Below, piece after piece: positions 38,758 to 52,530 of a stretch of DNA of 64,000 nucleotides. Under the pieces are notes generated by a model. The model saw only the letters and a program-made list of their open reading frames with translations, was not told the origin of the DNA and searched no databases. The DNA lies in NCBI RefSeq assembly GCF_030028105.1, contig NC_092374.1:176724057-176788056 (forward strand), given 5' to 3'. Origin of the DNA: Mobula birostris. Taxonomy: Eukaryota. Positions within the stretch are counted from its first letter, which is position 1; each line of letters begins with the position of its first letter. The position numbers and the translations under genes are program-made.

Positions 38758-41054
38758 GGAAAGGTATGTGGTGGGGAGCACTTCGGGTCCAGTGATCACA
38801 ATACCATTAGTTTCAATATAATTATGGAGAAGGATAGGACTGGACCTAGTGTTGAGATTTTTGATTGGAGAAAGGCTAACTTTGAGGAGATGCAAAAGGA
38901 TTTAGGAGGAGTGGATTGGGACAATTTGTTTTATGAGAAGGATGTAATAGAGAAAGGAAGGTCATTTAAATGTGAAATTTTGAGCGTACACGATCTTTAT
39001 GTTCCTGTTAGGTTGAAAGGAAAAGTTAAAAGTTTGAGAGAGCCATGGTTTTCAAGGGATATTGGAAACTTGGTTCGGAAAGAGACAGGGATCTTCAATA
39101 AATATAGGCAGCTTGTAGTTAGAGGTGCTTGAGGAATATAAAAAATGTAAAAAGAATCTTAAGAACGAAAGTAGAAAAGCTAAAAGGAGATAAGAGGCTG
39201 CTTTGGCAAGTAAGGTGAAAATAAATCCAAAGGGTTTCTACAGTTATGTCAATAGCAAAAGGATAGTGAGGGATAAAATTGGTCCCTTGGAGAATCAGAG
39301 TGGACGGTTACATGCGGAGCCAAAAGAGATGGGGGAGATTTTGAACAATTTCTTTTCTTCGGTATTCACTAAGGAGAAGGATATTGAATTGTGTAAAGTA
39401 AAGGAAACAAGGGTTGTTATGGAAAGTATGACGATTAAAGAAGAGGAAGTACTGGCGCGTTTAAGGAATGTAAAAGTGGATAAGTCTCTGGGTCCGGACA
39501 AGATATTCCCTAGGACCTTGAGGGAGGTTAGTGTGGAAATAGCAGGGATCTGACAGAAATATTTCAAATGTCATTAGAAACGAGGATGGTGCCGGATGAT
39601 TGGTGTATTGCTCAAGTGCTTTCATTGTATAAAAAGGGTTCTAAGAGTAAACCTAGCAATTATCAGCCTGAGAGTTTGAAGTCAATGGTGGGTAAATTGA
39701 TGGAAAGTATTCTTAGAGATAGTAAGTATAATTATCTGGATAGACAGGGTCTGATTAGGAACAGTCAACATGGATTTGTGTGTGGAAAATTATGTTTGAC
39801 AAACCTTATTGAATTTTTTGATGAGGTTACTAAGAAAGTTGCCAAGGGTAAAGCAGTGGAGGTTGTCTATATGGACTTCAGTAAGGCCTTTGACAAGGTT
39901 CCACACGGAAGGTTGGTTAGGAAGGTTCAACCATTAGGCATTAATATCGAAGTAGTAAAATGGATTCAACAATGGCTAGATGGGAGATGCCAGAGAGTAG
40001 TGGTGGATAACTGTGTGTCAGATTGGAGGATGGTGTGTAGCGGTGTGCCTCAGGGATCTGTACTGGGTCCAATGTTGTTTGTCATATATATTAATGATCT
40101 GGATGATGGGGTGGTAAATTTGATTAATAAGTATGCAGATGATATTAAGATAGGTGGTGTTGTGGATAATGAAGTAGGTTTTCAAAGCTTGCAGAAAGAT
40201 TTAGGCCAGTTAGAAGAGTGGGCTGAAAGATGGCAGATGGAGTTTAATGCTGAAAAATGTGAGATGCTGTATTTTGGTAGGACTAATCAAAATAGGACAT
40301 ATATGGTAAATGGCAGGACATTGAAGAATGCTGTAGAACAGAGGGATCTAGGTATAATGGTGCATAGTTTCCTGGAGGTGGAATCTCATGTGGATAGGGT
40401 GATGAAGAAAGCTTTTGGTATGCTGGCTTTTATAAATCAGAGCATTGAGTATAGGAGTTGGGATGTAATGTTGGAATTGTATAAGGCATTGATAAGGCCA
40501 AGTCTGGAGTATGGTGTGCAGTTCTGTTCACCGAATTATAGGAAAGATGTCACAAAATTGAGAGAGTACAGAGGAGATTTACTAAAATGCTGCCTGGGGT
40601 TCATCTCGTAAGTTACAGAGAAATGTTGAACAAGTCAGGTCTTTATTCTTTGGAGCATAGAAAGTTGAGGGGGGACTTGATAGAGGTGTTTAAAATTATG
40701 AGGGGGATTGATGGAGTTGACGTGGATAGGCTTTTCCCATTGAGAGTGGGGGAGATTCAAACAAGAGGACATGAGTTGAGAGTTAAAGGGCAAAAGTTTA
40801 GGGGTAACATGAGGAGAAACTTATTTACTCAGAGAGTGGTAGCTGTGTGGAACGAGCTTCCTGCAGAAGTGGTTGAGGCAGGTTCGATGTTGTCATTTAA
40901 AGTTAAATTGGATAGATATATGGACTGGAAAGGAATGGAGGGTTATGGTCTGAGTGCAGGTCGGTGGGGCTAGGTGAGAGTAAGAGTTCGGCATGGACTA
41001 GAAGGGCCGAGATGGCCTGTTTCCATGCTGTAATTGTTATATAGTTATATGGTA
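38758..41054 (+). mobile_element. CR1 LINE, young (347-aa open RT ORF 39568-40611), inserted in the L1 with a probable TAAAT TSD
   Basis: [10 protein letters not shown]...KYADD. (TTATA[A/T]G)-type tail. TAAAT at 38753-38757 and 41055-41059. Confidence 0.92.
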
Positions 41055-42615
41055 TAAATAAAATGGATTTTCTGGCTACTTAAAGAAACAAATGCAATCA
41101 AACAACAAGCTGAAGGGGATAAATGACTACAGTCTGTTATTGTTAATCCAAAAATTGCAATAATAGGATGAGGTTGTAAATCAATATGCAAAACTACTGA
41201 CATAATATCAAAAATTTCCTTTCAATATTTTTCTAAAAGAGGGCAGGACTGGAACATGTGTCAAGGAAGCTACCTCAGAACTTCATCTGTCACAGACAGG
41301 ATTTATATGACCATAAAAATGAGATAACTTATCCTTAGGCATATGAGCACTATGAACCACCTTAAATTGTATCAAAGTGTGTCTGGAACACATTGAAGAA
41401 GTGTTGACTAGTTGGAGAATTTTCTCTGATTTTTCTGTGTGTAAAGGTACCTGAAGTTCTCTTTCCCATTCTTTCTTAAGTTTAGCAGACATAGCTAAAT
41501 ATATTTTTGTAATTGAATCATAAACAATTGCTATTAAACTCTTCTGATAGGCATTTAAACCTAAAAAGTTTTCTGTAATTTCAGTTTGATGTGATATAGG
41601 AACAGTAGGTAAAATAATCTTCAAAAAGTTTCTAATCTGCAAATAACTGAAAAAATGTGATAAATGCAAATTAAATTTATTAGACAACTGTTCAAAGGAC
41701 ACGAGACAATTATCCATGAATAAATCGTGAAAACATATTATTCCTTTTGTTTTCCGTAAAAGAAAAGCTTGTTCAGTTCTGGATGGTTGGAAGAAAAAAT
41801 TGGATATAATTGGGCTTGATGAAATAAATTTATTCAATCCAAAAAATTTATGAAATTGAAACCATATTCATATTATATGTTTAATTATTGGATTGTTTGT
41901 TTATTCAATTTAGTAAACGCAAAGGGAAGCGAAGCCCCTGAAATAGAAGCCTATGAGAACCCCTGCAGGGGCTCACGCTCAAGGTTCACCCATCGTGGAC
42001 ATTGAATTTCATCCAGATCTTGTGTCCAGAACATTAGATATCAAATATTAATTGCCCAATAATAGAATCCAAAGTTTGGCAATATTCTGTAAATATTTCT
42101 TACTTAATCTAGGGTTTTCATTCTGCCATATATATGAAGAAATGTTAGAATCAATAATATCAAAAAAGGATTTAGAGATGAAGATTGGTACCACCTGAAA
42201 TAGATACAGAAATTTAGGTAAAATAATCATCTTAATTGCAATTATTCAACCAATCAATGATAGGGACAATGGGGACCATTTAGTAAGCAGTTGTTTAACA
42301 TGATCAATTAAGGGTAAAAAGTTAACTTTAAATCGATCCTTATGCTTCTTAGTAATTTTAACACCCAAATAAGTAAAATATTGGTAACCAGTCTAAATGG
42401 TAATTGTCTATAGATTGGAACTTGCATATTTAATGGAAAAAGTTCACTCTTATTAAGATTCAATTTATAACCAGAAAAACTACTAAACTGAGCGAGTAGT
42501 AATATTACAGCAGGAATGGATTTCTCTGGATTAGAGATACATAGTAACAGGTCATCTGCAAATAATGATACCTTATGCGTCTCAATCCCATGAATAATGC
42601 CAAATATATCGGGTG

Positions 42616-43456
42616 TGTTACGTACCCCATAACTGGGTTGCCAAACCAGCAGAAATGGATCATTCAGTTGGAGTCTGGATTACTAGTACTAAGAAAGTTT
42701 TATTAAAGAAACAAGCAACACAGTACTCTAATCAAAAGGATAATAAATGCAGCAGTTCAGCAATGATAAACACACATGTGCACAGAATTAAGTTAACAGG
42801 ATCAATCAAGCTCTATCGTTGTCTAGGGATAAATGACCAGTTTCAAAGTGATGCAAAGTTCAGTTCAGTTCAGTTCACAGTAATCGTTGCCGTGGCGATG
42901 GACAGTGGGGGGAAGGCTTCCACACACAGACCTTCACAGTCAGCTGTTGGACGAGTCCTTTGTGATGTCATCTGAGGTCACCGACCGTGACCCCTCCGTT
43001 TCCAGATACGATCGTTTCCCTGCGGTGAACCTGGCACCCAGGCAAGGGTGGACACACACCAGGTTCCCGCCGATCGTGCCTTTCCACCCTGTGCGTTTAT
43101 GGCCCAGTACTTCCCATCGACTTGTGAGAGACGCACCGCTTCCAGGGTCTTGTTACCTCGGGTGTCGTGTGTGTCCTGCCTTAGCGAACCTGTCCCTTTT
43201 TATCCCCCTGCTGGGGTATCGCCTGTCCATCACTTCAAACAGTTCAGGGTTCAAAGGGGGAGCCGCTCTTGACAGCTCTCTCTCCCGTCCCTTCATTACA
43301 CATCTCCAAATGCCGCTCCATTGTTTTCCTTATCTCTCTCTCTCTCTCCCTCCCTCCCTCCCTCCCTCCCCCGAAGTCAGGTGGCAGACCAACTGCTGAT
43401 TCCACTGGTGCCAGCACAGGACAGCTACATCTTAATCTATGTGTATTCTTGTCACA
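42616..43456 (-). mobile_element. Solo LTR (family A, copy 2) with 4-bp TSD GGTG
   Basis: Reverse-complement homologue of 464-1364, with termini TGTTAC...GTCACA on the + strand. GGTG at 42612-42615 and 43457-43460. Confidence 0.92.
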
Positions 43457-44119
43457 GGTGAATCACGAAGAGCGATGGCCAAGGGCTCCAAGGCAATATC
43501 AAATAGTAAAAGGCTTAAAGGGCAGCCCTGTCTAGTACCTCAAAAAAGCCTAAGAAGGAAGTATGTCCTAATCAATGTTTTGTGCAGCTACATCAAGAAA
43601 TCCCAGAACTTTTATTCAATATCTCAGACTCTGAATGTAAGGGTACCACATAATGTTTCACTAACCTCTCCACTGACATTTCCATTTTCAGAGAGCAAAG
43701 GCCTTGCAATTCAAGATCTTTCTGTATATTAAGGTTGTGTTGCAAGCGTTTGGTCCATAATGACAGATGAGGAAGCTCATTAAACTCTACAACCATTTTA
43801 TTGTGATAAACACAAAAACAGACCAAGCACCATAACCCAAAGACAGAACAGCTCTGTCTCACACAGATGGGGGAGAATGACCATCACACACTACAGTTAT
43901 AGTTAAGGTGACCCACAAATACACAAGCAAATATACAATCCAAGATAAAATGCAACAATAAATGAACTGGAACTTCCCACTATAATTCCACAAAATCATT
44001 TTAACACAAGAATAATAAACTGTGCTGGTTATTGGAAAAGCAGAAGCAGGCTGTCAAACACACCCACCCCCCAGAAACATAGCTGCTAAGGTTCTTAGTA
44101 TTTAATCAACATGTCCAGA

Positions 44120-47100
44120 AGACCGTAAGGCATAGGAACAGAATTAAGCCATTTGGCCTATTAGCTGCTCTTCCATTTGATCATTGCTGATCCATTTCCT
44201 GCACAACCCCATTCTACTGACTTCTCCCTGTAACCTTCCACACCCTGACTTATAAAGAATCTATCAACCTCTGTCTTAAACATACCCAATGACCCAGCCT
44301 CCATGGTTGCCTCTGACAACAAATTCCACAGATTTCACACCCTCTGGCTAAAGAAATCTCCATTCTCCATCTCCATTCTAAAATTACGTCCCTCTATTCC
44401 ATGGTTTTGACCTCAGGTCCAGACTCCCTCCCTACAGAAAACATCCACTCCACTAAAGCATTTCAACATTCAATAGGTTTCAATGAAATTTGCCGTTAAT
44501 CTACTAATTTCCAGCAAGTACAGGCCCAGAGCCATCAAAAGCTCCTCATATGATGAGCTTTTCATTCCCAGAATAATTTTCATGAACCTCCTTTGAAACC
44601 TCTCCAATATCAGCACGTTTTCTTAGATAAGAGGCACAAAACTGGTCACAATGCTCCAAATGAGGCCTCATCAGTGCCTTATAAAGCATCAGCATTACAC
44701 CTTTGCTTTTATATTTGAACTGGAAGTCACACTTTAGGGAATCCTGCACAAGGACTCCCAAGTCACTTTGCACCTCAGATTCTTGAATTTCCTCCCCATT
44801 TAGAAAATAGTCTACACTTGCATTCCTTCTAGCAAAGTCCAGGACCATAAACTTTGTGATATTATATTCCATCTGCCACTTTTTTTTTGCCCATTCTCCT
44901 TATACGTCCAAGTTCTGTGCACCCTTCCTTCTTCTTCAACACGACCTGTCCCGTCGCCTATATTTGTATCATCCACAAACTTAGCTACAAAGTCATCAAC
45001 TCCATCATTCAAATTATAGACATGTAATGTAAAAAGCAGTCCCAACACTGACCCCTGCAGAACAACAATAATAAGCAGCAATCAATCAGGAAAGGCTCAC
45101 TTTATACCCACACTTTACCTCCTGCCAATCAGCCAATGTTCTATTCACACTAATATCTGTCCTGTAATACCATGGGCTCTTAACTTGTTAAGTAGCCTAA
45201 CGTGCAGTGCCTAGTCAACGATCTTATGAAAATCTAAGTACGCAACATCGTCTGATTCTCCTTTGAATATTCTGCTTGTTATTTCCTCAAAGAATTGCAA
45301 AGCTTGTCAGGCAAAGTTTTCCCATGCTGCCCTTAGCCTATTTTATCATGTGCCTGCAAGTTCCACTTGGATCAAGTACACATGCCCTGAAACATCCTCC
45401 ATGAAAATGGACTCCAACATCTTCCCAACCACTGAGGTCAGGATAACTGGCTTAAAATTTCCTTTCTTCTGACTCCTTTGTTTTTTTTTTAAATAGTGTA
45501 GGGATATTTGTAATATTCCAGTCCTCTGAAACCTTGCCAGACAGTGATTCTTGAAAAACCATTGCTAATGCATCCACAATCTCTTCAGGCACCTCTTTCA
45601 GTACCGTAGGGTGTAGTCCATCTGGTCTAAGTGGCTTATCTTACCTTCAGACCTTTCAGCTTCCTAAGCACCTTCTTTCTGGTAAGTTGCATGCACTTCT
45701 GCCCCATGCCACTATGAAACTTAAGGCACAATGCTAGTGTCTTCCAGTGAAGAATGATACAAAATATGTAATCCGTTCATCCATCATTTCCTTGCCCCTT
45801 TGCAAACTTTAGTGTCATTTTCCAGCAGTATGGCATCCACTCTCTGCTCTTTTTTACTCTTTATCTATTTGAAAAATGTTTGTTATCCTCTTTGATATTA
45901 TATGCTCACTTAACTTTAGATTTTTCATCTTTTCCCTCCTATGGTTTTTTTTTTTTTAAAAAAGTTGCCTTCTGCTGGTTTTTAAAATTTTCCCAGTCCT
46001 CTAACATCCTGCAAATTTTTGCTCTATGGTGTGCTTTCTCTTTTGTCTGTATGTTAGTTTTGACTTCCCTTTTCAGTCATGGTTGCATCATCCTGCATTT
46101 AGAATACTTCTTTGGGAAATACCCATCCTGTGAATTGCACCCAGAAAGTCCAGCCGTTGCTGCTCTGCCATCACTCTGATAGTGCACTCTTCTGATCAAC
46201 TTTAACCGTCTTCTCTCTTATACCTCTGTAATTCCCTTTACTGCACTGTAATACAAATACATTTGACTTTTGCTTCTCCCTCTCAAATTGCTGGGTGGGT
46301 TCTATCATATTATGATCACTGGCTCTAAAGGGTGACTTTAACTTAAGCTTCCTAATCAAATCTGGTTCATTACACATCCAATCAACATCCTGGCTACTGT
46401 TCAGGAATATCCTATCAGAGTCTTTTTACCCTTGAGGTTTCTTTGCCTATGAGGATTCTACATCTTCAGATCCCATGTCACCTCAAAGGATTTGATTTCT
46501 TTTTTAAATCAACAGAGCCATGTCACGTCCTTTGCCTGCCTGTGCGTCCTTTCAATACAATGTGTATCCTTGGATGCTACTCCCAACTATAATATTCGTC
46601 CAGCCACAATTCAGTGATGTCCACAGTGTTATACCTGACCATTTCTAATTGTGCTACAAGATCATCTACCTTAATCCATATACTATGTGCATTCAAATAC
46701 AACACCTTCAGTTCTGTATTCATCAGGCTTTCAGTTTTGTCCCTGTTACACAGTAACTCATCTCACTGACTGCAATTTTGCCCTATCATCCACCTGTCTT
46801 TCCTGGCAGTCTCACTACAAACCGACTCACCTTTTAAACTGCCCTATCCTCAGCCCTATGACTCCCGCACACTCCCCCTCCCACCGCCATGATTGTTTAA
46901 AATCTCTGCAGCAATTCTAGAAAGACTTCCCATAAGATAGTTTCCTTCAGGTTCAGTTGTAACCCATCGCTTTTGTATAGGTTAGACATTCCACAGTAGA
47001 GATCCCAATGATCCAGAAATCTGAAACCTTGCACATGCCTCAGCTACATTCCATCTGCCAAATCATCCTATCTTACCCTCACCGGTGTGTGGCACAGGCA

Positions 47101-47770
47101 GCCATCCAGAGATTACCATCATTATGGTCTTGTTTTCCATGTTTCTCCCCATCTCCCTATATTCTGTCTTAAAAATCTCCTCCTTTTCCTGCCCATGCCT
47201 TTGTTGCTAACCTGTACCAAAACTTCTGACTGATCATCCTCCTCCTTCAGAATGCCACAGACCCAATTCAATACAACCCTGATCTTGGTGCATGAGAGGC
47301 AACATGCCACCTAGGTGTCTCCATTGCATCCACAGCATCTTGGGTCTACTGCTCTACCTATGGAATCCCATTTCACTACTGCAGTTCTTTTCTTCCCACT
47401 TCCTTTCTGAGCCACAGTGCAAGACTAAGCACTGAAGACCGGGCCATTGCAACTTCCCCTGGTACATCATGCCCCCCTCCCAACAGTGTCCAAAGTTGCT
47501 TACCTATCATCAAGGGAAACAGCCATAAGGGTACTCTGCACGGGCTGCACATTTCCACATCATCTCCTGACAGTCACCCATGTACCTGCCGCCTTCAACG
47601 TAAGGGTGACTACCTCCCTTCAGATCCTATTTATCACCTTATTTACCCATATGAGCTGAAGGTGATCAAGCTGCAGCTCCAGTTTCATAACACATTCACT
47701 GAGGAGCAGCAGCTCAGTGTACCTGGTGCTGACGTGGTTGCCCAGGAGGCTGGATGCCTCCCAGAATTCC
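44120..47770 (-). mobile_element. CR1 LINE, near full length but degenerate
   Basis: LQGSVLGLLF...KFVDDTNIG; EN remnants; ORF1 esterase remnant (VLVQVSNKGMGR). Confidence 0.82.
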
Positions 47771-47959
47771 TACATTGCACACAAAAAACATGACACAACC
47801 CCTGAAGTTATTCTCGTTGCTCCAACTACACACCCTCAATGTAGAATGAAGAATCTTAGCGGATATGTACATCACCAAGCCTGTCCTCACACAAGCCCAA
47901 TGAGCTAAAATCTCCCCACTCTAACATTAGTCCACTCCATCTGTCCCCACCTTCCTTTT

Positions 47960-48370
47960 ATTTGCCTTTGCTAGTGATTGGGGTACAAAAATTTGACTCT
48001 CAAAGTACTTCATCACAGCAGATGTGAGTGGCACTGGGTGATAGTTATTGAGGGAACTCACTCTGCTCTTCTTGAGCACAGGTATGATTGTTGCAGTTTT
48101 GAAGCAGATGGGAACTTCCAACTGCAGCAGTGAGAAACTGAAGATGTCCTTCAACACACTCGCCAGTTTGTTGGCACAGGTTTTTAGTGCCCTTACAAGT
48201 ATACCACCAAGACCTCACACCTCTTGAAAGATGTTCTGATGTTGGCCTCCAAGTCACAGATCACATGCTCAATAGATGCTGCAGGGATTCACAGAGGTGT
48301 AGTTTTGTATTCCCTATCAAAATGTTATACTTCTTTTCAAAGCCATTCATGATGTTAGGATTCACGATGT
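47960..48370 (-). mobile_element. Rex1/Babar-like LINE RT fragment
   Basis: VPICFKTATIIPVLKKSRVSSLNNYHPVPLTSAVMKYFE (ORF 47927-48157). Confidence 0.7.
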
Positions 48371-49674
48371 TAGGATTCACCTTGTAGGCAGTCACATTTA
48401 CTGCCCATTTAATGCTGAAACATAGTCATGGAGACATGGAAGCAGGCCTTTCTGCTCACTGTGTCCATGGCAACCATGAAGCACCCAGCTTCATACTAAT
48501 CCAAACTCAACCCACTTCTATTGTCCCTACATTCCAACATCTCCCTCCAGATTCTACCATATGCATCAAAACCAGTCAATTTACAGTGACCAACTTACAT
48601 GTACCTTGGAAGTAGAATAAAGCAGAACATATTGAGCAAAAACATTTAAGTTTCAAATGGACTGCCTGGTGGTCAATTGAGTTAGACTAGCTTGCTGGAG
48701 CAATGAAGAAGCAATTCCGCTGGATGTGCCTCTGTTAATGTTTGATGACAATTATTCCAGCATCATATTATCTCCCTTACCATGTTGAACATTGTTACCA
48801 ATAAAACCATAAGAATGAGGACTAGAATTGGGCCACTCAGCCCAAGTTTGCTCCATATTCAATGATATGAACATTTTCTTTCTTTCTGCTAGCCATGCCC
48901 ACTGTAACCCTTACAGATCAAGAAATCACTAACCTTTACCTAGAGTACACCCAAACACTTAACATCAACTACTCTCCGAGGCAATGAATTCCACAGATTT
49001 GTCAATCTGGCTGAAGTAATTCCTCTTCATCTCAGTTTCTAATGTCTTCTATTTATTCTAAGGCTGTCCACTCAGATCATAGGTTCTCCTACCAATGGCC
49101 AGATTTTCTCCATTTGTACCCTATCCAGGCCTTGCAGTATTCAATGGCTTTCAATGAGGACCCCACCCCCACCTCATCCTTCTGGACTGCATCGAGTACG
49201 GACTCAGAGATGTCAAGCATTCCTCATGTGTTAAAGCTTTCTTTCCTGGGATAATTCTTCTGAACTTCCTCTCCAGAGCTAACATATCTTTCATTAGATA
49301 CAGGGCCAAAATTTACTCAGAATATTCCGAATATAGTTATTCTGTTGCATTTACTACTTGTCTACTTAAAAGTCAGTAAAATCAAATTATATGTTTAAAA
49401 TCTCTAGTGTCATGGTGGACCTCCGGTGTTGACCCAAACATTGAACCAACCGCTATCAGTTCTGACTTGCTGATTCTCCAGAATTTACATCCTTTGTTCA
49501 GATCTAGAAAGTAGAATCACATTCCTATTGCCACCTCTAATCCTTGCTTTAAGTCACTTCTTAAAATATTCTTTTTCTTTTGTGTGTGTGTGTGCCAGAG
49601 CCTCATTGACCACTTTTCAAGTGGAGGAAGATTCTGTGAGTGGTCCCTCTCATCCTTCTTACAGCGCAGTCTTT

Positions 49675-49800
49675 TTTTTTTTTTTTTATGAAGCCAAGTT
49701 GCGAGTTCGACGCTCAACCTGGCATGGATGGAAAGCAGGACGGGGAGCGACCCACCTGGGTTCAAACGCGGGAACCTTTGCTCCGGAGTCCGGCGCTGAT
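49675..49800 (-). mobile_element. Short tRNA-derived SINE-like insertion with A-tail
   Basis: CpG-rich ~110 bp with a B-box-like GGTTCCCGCGTTTGAACC, ending in a poly(A) run (poly-T at 49673-49688 on +). Confidence 0.55.
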
Positions 49801-49859
49801 TTAAAATGACAGAATAGATACCAAATCTCATTGATTGTTCAGAAATAGGGGGAGCAGCT

Positions 49860-50460
49860 GCAAATTCCTGGGTTCTATCTCTCTGAAGATCTATCCTGGA
49901 CCCCAGAATATTGGTGTAATTACAAGGAAAGAACAAGAGTTTGAGGAGAATTGGTATGTCACCAAAGACACTTGTAGATTTCCATAGGTGCACCTTGGAG
50001 AGCATTGTAACTGGATGCATCGCTGTCTGGTATGGAGGCACCATGGCACAGGATCAGAAAAAGCTGCATAAATTTGTAAACTCCACCATCTCCATTATGG
50101 GCACTAGCCTCCCCAGTATCATGGACGCATTCAAAAGGTGATAGCTCAGAAAGGTGGCATCTATCATTACGGACCCACATCACCCAGTACATGGCCTCTT
50201 CTTGATGTTACATCAAAGAGATGGTACAGGAGCCTAAAGACATTGACTCAACATTCCAGGAACAGCTTCTTCCTGGGATAACTGTCAGATTTCTGAATAG
50301 TCAATGAACCTATGAGCTTACTTTCCCTCTCTTTTTGCACTACTTAACTTACTTGTACTTATTGTAATTTATAGTTTTATTATTATGTATTGCAATGTTC
50401 GTCTGCCACAAAACAACAAATTTCAAGACATATGCTGGATATTTTAAAACTGATTCTGAT
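49860..50460 (+). mobile_element. Rex1/Babar-like LINE 3' fragment
   Basis: LRRIGMSPKTLVDFHRCTLESIVTGCIAVWYG (ORF 49941-50141). Related fragments occur at ~51300-51470, 54070-54420 and 60180-60560. Confidence 0.7.
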
Positions 50461-51724
50461 TCTTTTCATGACATGAAGTAAAATTGTGTTTGGTAGCATT
50501 CTCAAAAGCTCTTTAACTTAACTTCATTAACAGAAATTGCAATAACTATGTTACTGTTTACTTCCCCAAATTAGATTGTTAAAGAGAATATAATTGTTTC
50601 ATACGTAGCTGTCACTTCTAGGCATGATGGAACGTCAGTGTAGATGATGGTACAAGTGGCCTAATTCTGCTCCTATATCTTACGGTCTTTTTAACTTCTA
50701 TTGCTTTTTTGTTGTTTCCAAAGAAGCAACAGAAGCTGAGAAAGATCTGATAGATGTTTCTATAATAATGAGGTATAGACAGAAAAGACAGTTGATAACC
50801 TTTTCCCAGGGTCACACTGTTTAATATTGACCTCCCCCACCCCACCAACACAGACACACATAATCAACCCTCTCTCATGCATTGCCTTTAAAATTAACTC
50901 TCATTCTTAAGTTGAAAGGAAAGTTGTGTGGGGTGCAGGATTTTATTTTTAAAGAAAGTGGAGGGTGCCTGGAATTTGTTGCCAGGATAGCAGTTGATGT
51001 AGAAAATATACAAGTACACATTAATTACAAACAATGGACGAATATAGACCATATTCTGGAAGAAGGTATTAGATGTCTTCTACTTAATAACTTCCTCACA
51101 ACATTTCAGGGCAAAGGGCTTGTTCCTGCACCACACTGAATTATGCTCATGGCTGATCTATTACTCTTCTCTAACAAGAGAAAATCTGCAGATACTGGAA
51201 ACCCAAGCAGTACACACAAAATGCTGAAGGAACTCAGCAGGCCAGGCAGCATCTATGGAAAAGAGTACAGTCGATATTTCAGGCCAAAACCCTTTCGGCA
51301 ATTCTTGTCTCAGCAAGGACATGGGCCTTCTGCAATTTCCTGACTGTCACAACAGGCCTACTGCAGATGATGTGTCTCTAGCTTTCGATTTGGATCAGCT
51401 AGGCAATAACAATACCTTTATCAGGGGGCTGTCTATTGATTACAGCTCAGCATACTCTCAATTATTTTATACAGGTAGTGTCAAAAGAGAGTAAAAGGAC
51501 AAAAGAATAGTGAAAATGAACAAAGGTATATATGAACAGAGAAATACAGATAAATGTGGATAGAAAGCTAGAAATTTGTAGCTTTTTATAGTTTCTTATA
51601 TTATGTACTGCTGCCTCAAAACAACATATTTCTTGACATATGCAATTGACATTAAAACTGATTCAGGGATCATAGTACTTCTCGCCTACTTGTCAGGCTA
51701 ATCAATATCCCTCTCTCAAACACA

Positions 51725-52530
51725 AGGAAATCTGCAGATGCTGGAATTTCAAGCAACACACATAAAAGTTGCTGGTGAATGCAGCAGGCCAGGCAACATC
51801 TATAGGAAGAGATAAAGTTGATGTTTCAGGCCGAGACCCTTCGTCAGGACTAACTGAAGGAAGAGCTAGTAAGAGATTTGAAAGTGGGAGGGGGAGGGGG
51901 AGATCCAAAATGATCGAAGACAGGAGGGGGAGGGATGGAGCCAAGAGCTGGACAGGTGATTGGCAAAAGGGATATGACAGGATCATGGGACAGGAGGCCG
52001 AGGGAGAAAGAAAAAGGGGAGGGGGAAGCCCAGAGGATGGGCAAGGGGTACAGTGAGAGGGACAGAGGGAGAAAAAGGAGAAAGAGAGAGAAAAAGAATG
52101 TGTGTATATATAAATAAATAAATAATGGATGGGGTACGAGGGGGATAATGCCCCACCTCCCCCTCATACCCCATCTGTTATTTATTTATATACACACACT
52201 CGTTTTCTCTCTCTGTCCCTCTCACTATACCCCTTGTCCATCCTCTGGGCTTCCCCCCTCCCCCTTTTCTTTCTCCCTGGGCCTCCTGTCCCATGATCCT
52301 CTCATATCCCTTTTGCCAATCACCTGTCCAGCTCTTGGTTCCATCCTTCCCCCTGTCTTCTCCTATCATTTCGGATCTTTCGCTCTCCCTCCCACTTTCA
52401 AATCTCTTACTAGCTCTTCTTTCAGTTAGTCCTGATGAAGGGTCTCGGCCCGAAACGTCGAATGTACCTCTTCCTAGAGATGCTGCCTGGCCTGCTGCAT
52501 TCACCAGCCACTTTTATGTGTGTTGCTTAA
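51725..52530. repeat. Pair of PLE pseudo-LTRs in inverted orientation (~400-bp arms, almost no spacer)
   Basis: 51744-52145 is the reverse complement of ~52150-52525, and the antisense ORFs mirror each other (51702-51986 vs 52293-52550). Confidence 0.88.
52428..52463 (+). ncRNA. Minimal type I hammerhead ribozyme motif
   Basis: AGTC-CTGATGA-AGGGTCTCGGCCC-GAAA-CGTC-GAAT. Confidence 0.75.

Larger units (their letters stand above)
38272..43560 (-). mobile_element. L1-clade LINE (5'-truncated ORF2 RT to 3' UTR), split by a CR1 and a solo LTR
   Basis: Manual translation across the LTR gives [34 protein letters not shown]...KVSLFADDLLL. Also ILPKFLYLFQ and TLIQFKVVH. The C-terminus WKDSNPTT...CLNLEKI resumes at 38750. 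Confidence 0.88.

Noticed and set aside
1365-42615. Past inversion between the two opposite solo LTRs
   Set aside because: Each LTR keeps matching GGTG flanks, whereas an inversion would leave non-matching (GGTG/CACC) flanks.
49517-50044. 175-aa ORF with a poly-Lys stretch
   Set aside because: It spans a SINE, its poly(A) tail, a (CA)n tract and an antisense Rex1-like fragment.
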